Origin: an uncultured Candidatus Marinamargulisbacteria bacterium
GTDB lineage: Bacteria > Margulisbacteria > Riflemargulisbacteria > GWF2-35-9
Reading direction: 5' to 3'
Assembly: GCA_903897765.1 (NCBI GenBank)
Contig: CAIUCY010000018.1
Coordinates: forward strand, 1-38,986
Length of the DNA: 38,986 nucleotides
The notes beneath the pieces were generated by a model, which had not been told where the DNA came from, made no database searches, and was given only the letters and a program-made list of their open reading frames with translations. Below, piece by piece: positions 28,578 to 36,719 of this stretch. Position numbers and translations under genes: made by a program. Position 1 is the first letter of the stretch. Each line of letters starts with the position of its first letter.

Positions 28578-29075
28578 ATGACCACCCCTTGGCAACACCG
28601 TCTAAACGATCGCCCCGACTGGGCCAAAGTTGTCAAGGCAATCGCCGCATGGTCAGACGTTCAACAGCAACAGCTCAGCGACTGGGTCGAGCAGTTCCAC
28701 TTAAACCCGAACATGGCCCTTGAGGCCGCGATATTAATGGAGGAATGTCGGCTTCAAAGGAAAACTATCGAAACCCTTTCAACCCTTGATCCCGACAAAG
28801 GCCAAGCCTCTGCGGTGTTCATGAAGGCACTTCGAACCCTTCGTTATCCCCAGTTACAGGCTTTACGTGACGAGATCGCGCAACTTAAGAAACAACTGCG
28901 ATCACCCAACGCCCAAATCCATTACAGCGATGATCTCGAAAGCGATGCCTTTGAACTGCGCTACCGTGTGCGGTCTATGCAAGACTGGGACGCCCTCGCA
29001 ACCTACATGCAGACCCATCGAAACGAAGCAGATGCCTTGCTTCAAACCATTAAGACCGGCCATGTGGACACCTAA
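28578..29075 (+). CDS. Hypothetical helical protein coupled to the SPL-like radical SAM gene
   Basis: 165-aa ORF, Gln/Leu/Ala-rich helices. Its end overlaps the next gene's ATG by 14 nt. Confidence 0.5.
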   Translation: MTTPWQHRLNDRPDWAKVVKAIAAWSDVQQQQLSDWVEQFHLNPNMALEAAILMEECRLQRKTIETLSTLDPDKGQASAVFMKALRTLRYPQLQALRDEIAQLKKQLRSPNAQIHYSDDLESDAFELRYRVRSMQDWDALATYMQTHRNEADALLQTIKTGHVDT

Positions 29076-30117
29076 CGTCCTCGTTGTTCTTTCAGAGGCA
29101 AGGGCATTCCCCCTAACCCAAACGGTGCTTAGCCGACTTCCCGATGTTCCTGTTGTAGAGGTCAAAACCGAGGCCGAACTTTCACCTTATCTATCCGATA
29201 AAAAATCGCTTATTTTGCGACCCATAAAAGGGGCGCTATTGAAAGCATGTCCTGGCACGACCGCCTATCGGTGTTGTGGTTATCAGATACTCAATACAGG
29301 ACTCAATTGTGGCTTTGACTGTACCTATTGTATTTTACAGGACTATTTGGAAATCCCCGCTCAAACCGTTTTCGTCGATCTACCGGAACAGTTGGAGGCA
29401 CTCAAAAAGCAGATCCAAACCGAACCCCTGCGACAGTGGCGGATCGGGACAGGCGAGTACACGGATAGTCTCATCCACGACCCGTGGACGGGGTTGTCGG
29501 GCTTATTGATCAATTGGGTGCGGGATATGCCAAACGTTATCCTTGAACTAAAGACAAAATCTATTCATGTTGACGAGCTGCTTCGTCATATGGCCCCACC
29601 GAATGTAGTGGTGGCGTGGTCGGTCAATACCGTGCAGGTAACAAAGGATCTCGAGTTGGGCACACCAACGCTTCATCAGCGATTGGAGGCAGCCAAGAAA
29701 GTCGTAGACCATGGTTACTCGGTGGCGTTCCACTTTGACCCGATCGTTCCCTACACAGGCTTTGAGCCAGCGTATCAACAGGTTGTTAAATCCATCCTCT
29801 CCATCATTCCGGCTTATAAAATTAGATGGGTAAGCTTTGGTGTTCTGCGTTTTACGAAAGGCATGTACGACCGTTTCAAGCGCCGCTCCCCAAAGTATCT
29901 GGGTGAGATGATCTTGGCTCCCGATCAGAAGTGGCGATTTTCAAGACCCCTTCGTATCCGTGCGTATCAAGCGGTACAGTTGATATTTAAACAACAAGCC
30001 CCGAATGTTTATACCTATTTATGCATGGAGTCCCCACAGGTTTGGGAGGCCGTTTATGGCATTGACCATGGCAGCAATGATGTCTTTGAGCATGCGTTTA
30101 ATGAGGCGGTATATTGA
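29062..30117 (+). CDS. Radical SAM protein of the spore-photoproduct-lyase (SplB-like) family
   Basis: CGFDCTYCILQ contains a CX3CX2C cluster motif in an SPL-like context, and length (351 aa) and architecture resemble SplB. Start set at ATG 29062, because the upstream part of the track ORF overlaps the previous gene out of frame. Confidence 0.65.
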   Translation: MWTPNVLVVLSEARAFPLTQTVLSRLPDVPVVEVKTEAELSPYLSDKKSLILRPIKGALLKACPGTTAYRCCGYQILNTGLNCGFDCTYCILQDYLEIPAQTVFVDLPEQLEALKKQIQTEPLRQWRIGTGEYTDSLIHDPWTGLSGLLINWVRDMPNVILELKTKSIHVDELLRHMAPPNVVVAWSVNTVQVTKDLELGTPTLHQRLEAAKKVVDHGYSVAFHFDPIVPYTGFEPAYQQVVKSILSIIPAYKIRWVSFGVLRFTKGMYDRFKRRSPKYLGEMILAPDQKWRFSRPLRIRAYQAVQLIFKQQAPNVYTYLCMESPQVWEAVYGIDHGSNDVFEHAFNEAVY

Positions 30118-30968
30118 AACTCTCTCATATCGCCTTGGGCGGCTGGATCATGGGCAGAGACGGCTGGTCAAATGTCGACGATGCCGATTCTGTCGCGGTC
30201 ATTCATGCCGCATATGATAAAGGGATCAACGCAATAGACACAGCTCCATTTTATGGTAAAGGCCATGCTGAAGAACTCATTGGAGTCTCGCTTCAAGGCC
30301 AGCGCGATAAGTGGATCATCGCCACCAAGTGTGGTTTGCGTTGGGAAGAGGGCAAAGGGGTGTTCCACGATTTGTCGCCGGCTCGGGTGCAAACCGAGCT
30401 CGAGGATTCGCTTCGTCGTCTCCGAACGGACTATATCGACCTGTATCAGCTTCATTGGCCGGATCCCAACACACCGCTTGAAAATACACTTGAGGTGATA
30501 AAGAAGGCCATCGACAAAGGTCAAGTCAAGCAAGTGGGGCTGTGTAATTTTTCGCTAGAGGATATTCAACTGGCGCGAACCATCATGCCGATTGCCTCTT
30601 TGCAACACCCCTATTCATTGCTAAACCGAGATGTTGAGGCTGATATTCTTCCGTTCGCTAAAGAGCAGGGGCTCGCCTTTATGGCCTACGGCCCGTTACA
30701 TGGGGGGCTGCTTTCGGGCAAATATACGCATCGTCCGAGTGCACCGAAAGGTGAGGCGAAAAGCTATTTTTACGAACACAACAAAGAAGCGACATGGCAA
30801 CAAGCCGAACCGATAATAGCGAGTCTTCGCCAAAAGGCTCAAGAAAGTGGCCGTTCCGTGGCTGCCGAAGCGATACAATGGATACTCTCCCAAGCTGGCG
30901 TCACCACGGCCATTGTTGGTATGAGAAATATTGTGCAGTTAGAGGAGAATTTTCAAGGACGTTTTTAG
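30114..30968 (+). CDS. Aldo/keto reductase
   Basis: DTAPFYG (Asp, Tyr), ATKCG (Lys) and LYQLHWPD (His) make up the catalytic tetrad. The TTG start overlaps the upstream stop. The N-terminus is about 10 aa shorter than usual for the family. Confidence 0.8.
   Translation: MKLSHIALGGWIMGRDGWSNVDDADSVAVIHAAYDKGINAIDTAPFYGKGHAEELIGVSLQGQRDKWIIATKCGLRWEEGKGVFHDLSPARVQTELEDSLRRLRTDYIDLYQLHWPDPNTPLENTLEVIKKAIDKGQVKQVGLCNFSLEDIQLARTIMPIASLQHPYSLLNRDVEADILPFAKEQGLAFMAYGPLHGGLLSGKYTHRPSAPKGEAKSYFYEHNKEATWQQAEPIIASLRQKAQESGRSVAAEAIQWILSQAGVTTAIVGMRNIVQLEENFQGRF
30890..30923 (+). repeat. Direct repeat, left copy (inside the AKR 3' end)
   Basis: ccaagctggcgtcaccacggccattgttggtatg is 31/34 identical to 31882-31915 by manual alignment. 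Confidence 0.8.
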
Positions 30969-30970
30969 GC

Positions 30971-31789
30971 TTAAGGTTGAGAAGATTTTCGACTTTCCAA
31001 AATATGATTCAATAAATCACTGGCCACAATGAAATTTTTGCCGCTCTCTGAGTTTGTTCTAGATTTGAATTTATCGGAGAGTTGTTGAATGATTGAGTGG
31101 GCATCCTCGACTTCTTTCCATTCAGAAAGAGCTTTTCGTGTAAATACGAAAACCCTCTCATTTTCAAGAGAAATTGACACAAGCGTTTCAGTATTTTGTG
31201 TTTTCCATGAATAAGTGAAGACCGGATGGAGCATACTGACCGTAAAATCTTCGACATGTGGTCGTTTCCCTAGATGAAAGAGAATCGTCCTATCCTCTGA
31301 TTTGTTCAATTGATCGGCTAAAGCAATGGCGAGGCCCATGAAGGACGTGTCTACTATTTTGTTTTGTTCCTGTATCAAATTAAACAAGAAATCTCGTGCA
31401 CCACCATAGAGTTTCTGATTTGCTTGACTGCTTTTGCATGCAGCACAAAATTTATCATATAAAAGATTACTTGCTTGTTTCCATAGATTACTTCCAAAAA
31501 GAATAGAAGAGGATAGTGTTAGTGGATCGGCACGATTTATAAGCACTTTTCCTTTTTTTATATCTTGCGTAGAAAGTCTAAACACTAATTTCATATTGTT
31601 AGGTTCATTGTATTCAAAAACGAGCATATGCGCCTTGTGTCCTTGAGAAGTGATCGAGACTTTAGCGCCCTTATAAAACCCCATAATCATTGCAGAAGGA
31701 CTGCTTTTAACTTGGCCAGTTAATGACATAGCAAGCAGCTTATAAGTATCTGCTTTAGGAGTAACTAACGCCACTATTTTTTTCTTCAC
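30971..31789 (-). CDS. Orphan hypothetical protein carried on the inserted segment
   Basis: 272-aa ORF, GTG start with a GGAGG Shine-Dalgarno 8 nt upstream. AT-rich. No recognised domain. Confidence 0.5.
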   Translation of the reverse strand: MKKKIVALVTPKADTYKLLAMSLTGQVKSSPSAMIMGFYKGAKVSITSQGHKAHMLVFEYNEPNNMKLVFRLSTQDIKKGKVLINRADPLTLSSSILFGSNLWKQASNLLYDKFCAACKSSQANQKLYGGARDFLFNLIQEQNKIVDTSFMGLAIALADQLNKSEDRTILFHLGKRPHVEDFTVSMLHPVFTYSWKTQNTETLVSISLENERVFVFTRKALSEWKEVEDAHSIIQQLSDKFKSRTNSESGKNFIVASDLLNHILESRKSSQP

Positions 31790-31879
31790 CAGAATGCCTC
31801 CGAGCAGTATATAAAGTTATCGTTTATATTTGGGCGTTTCCTCAACCAATGTGGATGTATTAAGAATATTCCATATATA

Positions 31880-31972
31880 CCCCAAGCTGGCGTCACTACG
31901 GCCATCGTTGGCATGCGTAATGTCGCTCAGCTTGAGAGTAATCTAAATTTTGGGCACGTGCCCAAAATTTAG
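31880..31972 (+). pseudogene. Relic 3' end of an aldo/keto reductase gene
   Basis: Translates to QAGVTTAIVGMRNVAQLESNLNFGHVPKI*, against QAGVTTAIVGMRNIVQLEENFQGRF* at the end of the intact gene about 990 bp upstream. No upstream ORF continues it. Confidence 0.75.
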
Positions 31973-31975
31973 ATT
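31940..31975. terminator. Perfect 36-bp palindrome (18+18), putative bidirectional terminator
   Basis: AATCTAAATTTTGGGCAC|GTGCCCAAAATTTAGATT. Lies between the AKR relic and the stop of the convergent Spy-like gene. Confidence 0.55.
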
Positions 31976-32471
31976 ATCGATGTTTCGGTCCGCCCATCAT
32001 TCCGCCCATAAGGCCTTCTCCGGCGTGACGATCTTGCATTTTCTTTTCCATTTTATCGATGTGGTCATTTAGCTTTTTCTGCTGTTCGGGTGTCAGGATC
32101 TTTTTGTACTCCTTGGCATATTTGACATGCTCTTGAAGCACTTTCTTTTGATCATCAGCGAGCTGGTTAACGATCTCATCCACTTTTCTGTCATCGATCT
32201 CACTTTTGGCAAGTTCTTTTCGGAGCGCCTGATGACGACTACGAAGCTCTTTGCCGACCTCGCGGCCTTCTTTTTCCTGATCTTTACGAAGGTGCTCTAC
32301 CTTTTCACGTTGATCTTTGCTCAGATCAAGATCTTTGACCATATTCATCATCATCCCTTTGCCATCCTTAGGTTCACCAAGAGGGCCCTTGCCCCCGTTG
32401 GTTGGTTGTTCAGCTGCAAACAAAGCCCCTGAGAGGCCTATCACTAATATTATGGTATAAAGTCGTTTCAT
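31974..32471 (-). CDS. Periplasmic Spy/CpxP-family (LTXXQ-motif) protein
   Basis: Signal peptide, then highly charged helices with LSKDQ and LTPEQ motifs. AAGGAG Shine-Dalgarno. Downstream of the sigma/anti-sigma pair. Confidence 0.65.
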   Translation of the reverse strand: MKRLYTIILVIGLSGALFAAEQPTNGGKGPLGEPKDGKGMMMNMVKDLDLSKDQREKVEHLRKDQEKEGREVGKELRSRHQALRKELAKSEIDDRKVDEIVNQLADDQKKVLQEHVKYAKEYKKILTPEQQKKLNDHIDKMEKKMQDRHAGEGLMGGMMGGPKHR

Positions 32472-32533
32472 GTTGCTCTCCTTTTATATCAAATAAGTTC
32501 CAAACGCTGCCGTAATTCCTCCCTTCATAAGCA

Positions 32534-32803
32534 TTAAATGTCCCAACTCACCAAGAGATCGCTGCTATTAGGTGCGAAGATCTTTATAATACTCTGACTT
32601 GTTAAGTTATTTTCGATAATATGCCGAACCTCAAAGGTTCCCATCGATAGGAATAAGCTTGCAACAACCGCAGCTGGAAGAAGTCGATGAAGCCAATGAA
32701 ATGTTTTTTCTCGACTCGATACGGACGTCTTGATACGATCCCATACCCAAGGTGGCGGTTCCAATTGCGTCGCCTTTATGTGTTCAAATAACGATTTCTC
32801 CAT
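32534..32803 (-). CDS. Putative single-pass anti-sigma factor
   Basis: 89 aa with one TM helix (LLPAAVVASLFLSMG). GGAGG Shine-Dalgarno 9 nt before the ATG at 32803. Overlaps the sigma gene end by 20 nt. No zf-HC2 motif. Confidence 0.5.
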   Translation of the reverse strand: MEKSLFEHIKATQLEPPPWVWDRIKTSVSSREKTFHWLHRLLPAAVVASLFLSMGTFEVRHIIENNLTSQSIIKIFAPNSSDLLVSWDI

Positions 32804-33326
32804 GTTGCTGCACCTCCGCATATTTCTCTTTTAACAATTTTCGTCCTCGATTAAGCCGAGATCGAACGGTTCCAATAGGGATACCGAGGAACTGGCCAAT
32901 AGACTCATAATCTAGCCCTTCGATATCCTTTAACAAAATCGGTGCCCGATAAGCTAACGGCAAGGTTGCCACAAGATTGACCAATACATTCTCCTCGTCT
33001 GACTCAAGCACCGAGGTTTGAGCCAGGTCTTGAACAAAGGTTTGTTCCCAATGTTGACGACGACGCTCTCGCTTTAATGTGTTAAGCGTTAATCGAATAC
33101 CTGCTTTCATCGTCCATGCCTCTAACGATCCCGTAGGGACAAATTGCTTTCGTTTCTCGTATACATGAACAAAGGTGTCATGTGTTAGATCTTGCGCAAG
33201 ACCTTGATCCCGCACCATTTTGTAGATAACGGAATAGGTGCGACCTGCGACTGCGTCATATAATTCTTTCAGGGCAGCTTGATCGCCACGAATAAAATCA
33301 TCAATAACCGTTTTGCTGATCGTCAT
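32784..33326 (-). CDS. ECF-type RNA polymerase sigma factor
   Basis: Region 2 (DLTHDTFVHVYEKRKQF) and region 4 HTH (YESIGQFLGIPIGTVRSRLNRGRKLL). Start set at ATG 33326. The track start at 33455 would overlap the divergent gene. Confidence 0.8.
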   Translation of the reverse strand: MTISKTVIDDFIRGDQAALKELYDAVAGRTYSVIYKMVRDQGLAQDLTHDTFVHVYEKRKQFVPTGSLEAWTMKAGIRLTLNTLKRERRRQHWEQTFVQDLAQTSVLESDEENVLVNLVATLPLAYRAPILLKDIEGLDYESIGQFLGIPIGTVRSRLNRGRKLLKEKYAEVQQHGEIVI

Positions 33327-33395
33327 CTTTACTATCATAACAAAAACCAAGCGCAAAAAGTTCCCTTTAGTGAAAGCATCCGCTACAATACCGAC

Positions 33396-34205
33396 ATGCT
33401 TCGATATAAACTGGCCATGATAGGGATGTTGTTGAGCCTTTGCTTGGGTTGGCAAAGTGTAGATTCCTTGGGCATGGGGAATTCAAATATCGTCTTAGGG
33501 TTTCGTGGCGATATGTTGTGGATAAACCCTGCTTATTGCCATAATCTGGGGTGGAGCTATGGTCAACAGACTATTGATACGCAGCATCGGGACTATCCTC
33601 TTTATGAGGCTCAGTATTGGACGCTGGGAAATCTTGCCACAGGAAAGCTTCATATTATTGATGCCCTTGGACAGGATTGGCAGATCGCCATGACGGGATT
33701 GGGTGTGGAGTTACCAAACAGTGGTAAGGCCGGTATTTCCTATGAAAGCGTCGTCATGACCAGTGGGAATGTAGCGCTTAACGCTTGGTCGACCCTCGTG
33801 GGTGTTTCGGTTCCGATCCGACAACCTTTTCAAGGATGGTTAGGGCTGACGCTAGAAAATGTTTTTAGGCAAGACCCTTTACCGGTGGGTCTCGAATTGC
33901 CACCGCGGTTTTCCGTAGGCTTGGGGCTGCTTCCAGCTAACAATTGGTTGTGGACGAATTTGATTGAATATACACGCCAAGAAGGTCAATCACTTCAATA
34001 TCGAACAGGGGTCGCGATGCTAATGGAAAACAAATGGACTTTATCAGCAGGTATCGCCAAAGAGGGGGTTGCGTTGGGGTTTTCGCTTCCCCTCGGGATC
34101 GGGAAGTTCCCTGATCTTACCCATTTCTCCATGTCGGTGTTGATGCCCAACGATATTAAGGAAGAGCTTCGATATAGCTGGGCATTCTCAATTGGCGGGA
34201 AATAA
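33396..34205 (+). CDS. Secreted protein, putative outer-membrane beta-barrel
   Basis: Signal-peptide-like MLRYKLAMIGMLLSLCLG. Alternating beta-strand-like pattern. The start could also be 33417. Confidence 0.45.
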   Translation: MLRYKLAMIGMLLSLCLGWQSVDSLGMGNSNIVLGFRGDMLWINPAYCHNLGWSYGQQTIDTQHRDYPLYEAQYWTLGNLATGKLHIIDALGQDWQIAMTGLGVELPNSGKAGISYESVVMTSGNVALNAWSTLVGVSVPIRQPFQGWLGLTLENVFRQDPLPVGLELPPRFSVGLGLLPANNWLWTNLIEYTRQEGQSLQYRTGVAMLMENKWTLSAGIAKEGVALGFSLPLGIGKFPDLTHFSMSVLMPNDIKEELRYSWAFSIGGK

Positions 34206-35148
34206 ACTACGCGGTTTTCTAATGATTGCATTGTTGCTGGCACTGGGGGGAATAGCCTATCAGTTCAGGGTTCCCCTTGAAACGACGCTCCCTTTTGTCT
34301 TGGCCCCGACGCAAACGCTTTATCAGCTTTATCTGACCGATTCAGGATATGTCGCCGTGACAACAACCCCCTCGGGCGATTATTTTATCCAAACAGAAAA
34401 ACAAACAAGGGGCCCCTTTCGCTCACTCGGCGTCACAAGCGCCCCCATCGTGTTGACTAAAACGAAGCGCAACGCCCAACTCCAACATGTCGCCAGTCTC
34501 AGTGACATTTGTTTTTTTACACGATTTCGCTGGCCTGGGGACAGTGTGTTCGCCTGTAAGCAAAAGGGAAAGTGGTATGTCAAAGAAGGTCGACATCTCG
34601 TCGGGCCTTACTTGAAGGTCAAATCGCTGACGCTTGACCCCGATCGAGCCCAAGTCATGGCTGTGGTGACGGGCCCTTCTGGCGATTATCGTCTTGTTGA
34701 CCGTAAAACAAAAGGTCCTTACAGCGAGGTGTTGCCAGTGCTTACTTGGAGTCCAGATGGTCGAGACCTTGCCTTTGTAACCCGACGAGGACAACGATAC
34801 TTTGTCCAAACCAATAAACGCACATGGGGGCCTTACGAGGCAGTGCGCGAAATCCGATGGTCCGCAACCGGCTTTGATCTTGCTATTCTTGCCAAGGTTG
34901 CAGGCCAATGGTGGGTGTTTTCGGATTGGGGTCGTTTTGGTCCCTTGCCACCCTCCGTCCACGCCCTTCAAGTCTGGCCACAAAAGAGCCGTTTTAGCTT
35001 TCAAACCCTCGACGGTCGAATATTAACCACACATTTCTGGTGGAATCGAAAGCCCTTCATCGGCTCCATCATCACCGACCCGCGCGGCCTTCCCGCCGGC
35101 AGTGTTTACTATGACCCGCTAAAACACGTCGTGGTTAGGATGCGGTAG
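34192..35148 (+). CDS. Membrane-anchored or secreted repeat protein, PD40/TolB-like beta-propeller repeats
   Basis: About six units of roughly 38 aa sharing [YW]-[FYV]-[IV]-x(4-7)-GP[YF]. One is WSPDGRDLAFVTRRGQRYFV (PD40-like). 14-nt overlap with the upstream gene. Confidence 0.55.
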   Translation: MAGNKLRGFLMIALLLALGGIAYQFRVPLETTLPFVLAPTQTLYQLYLTDSGYVAVTTTPSGDYFIQTEKQTRGPFRSLGVTSAPIVLTKTKRNAQLQHVASLSDICFFTRFRWPGDSVFACKQKGKWYVKEGRHLVGPYLKVKSLTLDPDRAQVMAVVTGPSGDYRLVDRKTKGPYSEVLPVLTWSPDGRDLAFVTRRGQRYFVQTNKRTWGPYEAVREIRWSATGFDLAILAKVAGQWWVFSDWGRFGPLPPSVHALQVWPQKSRFSFQTLDGRILTTHFWWNRKPFIGSIITDPRGLPAGSVYYDPLKHVVVRMR

Positions 35149-35152
35149 CGTT

Positions 35153-35719
35153 TTAATTCACCCTTGTCATGGCGAGGTCGAGCCCCTCTGAGATGATCGT
35201 TGAGATAACAGTGGGCACATCAGCTAGGACTGGCTCAAGTGCCTTTAACTCAGCCTTGGTAAAGCGTCCTAGCACATAATTCGACAGGTCCGAAACAGGA
35301 TGGTCAGGCAGAATGCCAACGCGCAATCGAGGAAAATCTTGCCCCAACACACCAATGATAGATTTCATCCCATTATGCCCCCCCGCAGAGCCGTTCTTGC
35401 GAAGGCGGATCTTTCCAAACGGCAGGGCAATATCGTCATAAAGAATAAATATATTTTCAGGTGGAACCTTGTAGAATTGAGCCACCCACGCAACAGCCTG
35501 CCCCGAAAGGTTCATATAGGTAATGGGTTTTGCAAGCACAACGGCAGCCCCCTCGACGCTATATCGCCCATGCTCGACAACGCCGCGTTCGCGCTTTAGT
35601 GCCGAACCCCCAGCTGAAGCGATCAGCTGATCGATCGCCATAAACCCCACATTATGGCGGGTTAGCTCATACTCTTTTCCGGGATTGCCGAGACCAATAA
35701 AGGCGAATAGGTTAGACAT
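35153..35719 (-). CDS. pth: Peptidyl-tRNA hydrolase
   Basis: FIGLGNPGKEYELTRHNVGF and GGHNGMKS motifs. Start set at ATG 35719 (MSNLFAFIGLGNPG). Confidence 0.9.
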   Translation of the reverse strand: MSNLFAFIGLGNPGKEYELTRHNVGFMAIDQLIASAGGSALKRERGVVEHGRYSVEGAAVVLAKPITYMNLSGQAVAWVAQFYKVPPENIFILYDDIALPFGKIRLRKNGSAGGHNGMKSIIGVLGQDFPRLRVGILPDHPVSDLSNYVLGRFTKAELKALEPVLADVPTVISTIISEGLDLAMTRVN

Positions 35720-36599
35720 GAATCTTCGAGATCTTCCAGACACCCTTTTCCCTGAAGGCTGGAATGGCTTGTCGTTTAGCCTTATTTAGCAAGCCATTGA
35801 GAGGGACTTCACGAGATTTTGCGTAAGTAGATAATCGAATAATGTCACTTGCGCGCAGATAGGCGATCCGCTTATGAAGAGATTCCATGAGGGCGAGCGT
35901 CAAAACACGCTCCATGGTAGAGGATACTTTTTTTTCGCTTTTCCGATATTCATCGAATGAACGATAATAGACGGCTTTCTCTTTATCTCTGATAATAAGG
36001 GGGGGGAACCCGAGTTGCATCAGCTGATAGTTAATAAGGACTCGGCCAATACGTCCATTTCCGTCCACAAACGGATGGATGGTTTCAAACTCCAAATGAA
36101 ACCGAGCCAGCCGTTCAATAAAATATTGTCGATGCTGACTAGAATAACGAGTTAATGCTTGGTCGAGCATCTCCGCAATATTCTCTGGAGCAGGTGCAAT
36201 ATGGGTTCCTACTCGAACATATTCGTTTTCGTTTCGAAACCGCCCAGCGATCTCATCCTTAATATTGCCAATCAGCATCTGATGAAGAAGGAGGATCAAT
36301 TCTTTATTGATCATATTTGACCCCATCTTGGTCTTAATATATTCAAACACCCGACCTAAGTTTTTGGCCTCAAACACCTCTCGAACGGAAACATCGCGAG
36401 ACACTTCCATTTCGAGAAGAATTTTTTCTGTTTCAGAAATGGTTAAGGTCGAGTTCTCAATCGCGTTGGAGTTATAAACGGACTCGGGAAGCTCCGCTTC
36501 AAAGATAATATCGAGCAGCGATTCCTTGTTGGGCTTCAAGGAATCATACGTGTGTTTAAGGTCATCGAGTTGTTTTCTTGTTCCATTTGAAAGGGTCAT
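35712..36599 (-). CDS. Fic-family protein (class II, N-terminal inhibitory motif) with a C-terminal excisionase-like HTH
   Basis: Catalytic HPFVDGNGRIGR. SNAIEN matches the [ST]xxxE[GN] inhibitory motif upstream of the core. C-terminal ...RQAIPAFREKGVWKISK resembles HTH_17. Stop overlaps the pth start by 8 nt. Confidence 0.85.
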   Translation of the reverse strand: MTLSNGTRKQLDDLKHTYDSLKPNKESLLDIIFEAELPESVYNSNAIENSTLTISETEKILLEMEVSRDVSVREVFEAKNLGRVFEYIKTKMGSNMINKELILLLHQMLIGNIKDEIAGRFRNENEYVRVGTHIAPAPENIAEMLDQALTRYSSQHRQYFIERLARFHLEFETIHPFVDGNGRIGRVLINYQLMQLGFPPLIIRDKEKAVYYRSFDEYRKSEKKVSSTMERVLTLALMESLHKRIAYLRASDIIRLSTYAKSREVPLNGLLNKAKRQAIPAFREKGVWKISKIHV

Positions 36600-36611
36600 A
36601 TTAATGTTTGC

Positions 36612-36655
36612 ATTTTACACATATTCACGACAAAACGTCAATTCATCGTGAATAT
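36612..36655 (-). promoter_or_regulatory. fic promoter with an overlapping 10-bp inverted repeat (candidate operator)
   Basis: Minus strand: TTGACG (36641-36636), an 18-nt spacer, TAAAAT (36617-36612), then 12 nt to the ATG. ATATTCACGA (36621-36630) and TCGTGAATAT (36646-36655) flank the -35. A third ATTCACG lies at 36674-36680. Confidence 0.5.
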
Positions 36656-36719
36656 TCGTCAAATATGCCAAAAATTCACGCTTGATTTGCCCAGAGGCTT
36701 CAACGTATACCCCATGCTT

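Noticed and set aside
28867-29061. 65-codon N-terminal extension of the SPL-like radical SAM ORF
   Set aside because: It overlaps the 3' third of the upstream 165-aa ORF in another frame and has a Cys/Pro/Thr-rich, non-protein-like composition. The ATG at 29062 gives an SplB-like N-terminus.
34423-35004. 193-aa antisense ORF, plus many other 60-150-aa ORFs in the track (e.g. 551-970, 6783-7103, 9648-10052, 16139-16600, 16996-17310, 26931-27407)
   Set aside because: All lie antisense or out of frame inside strongly supported genes and have skewed, Arg/Ser/Pro-rich or otherwise atypical composition. I treat them as shadow ORFs.
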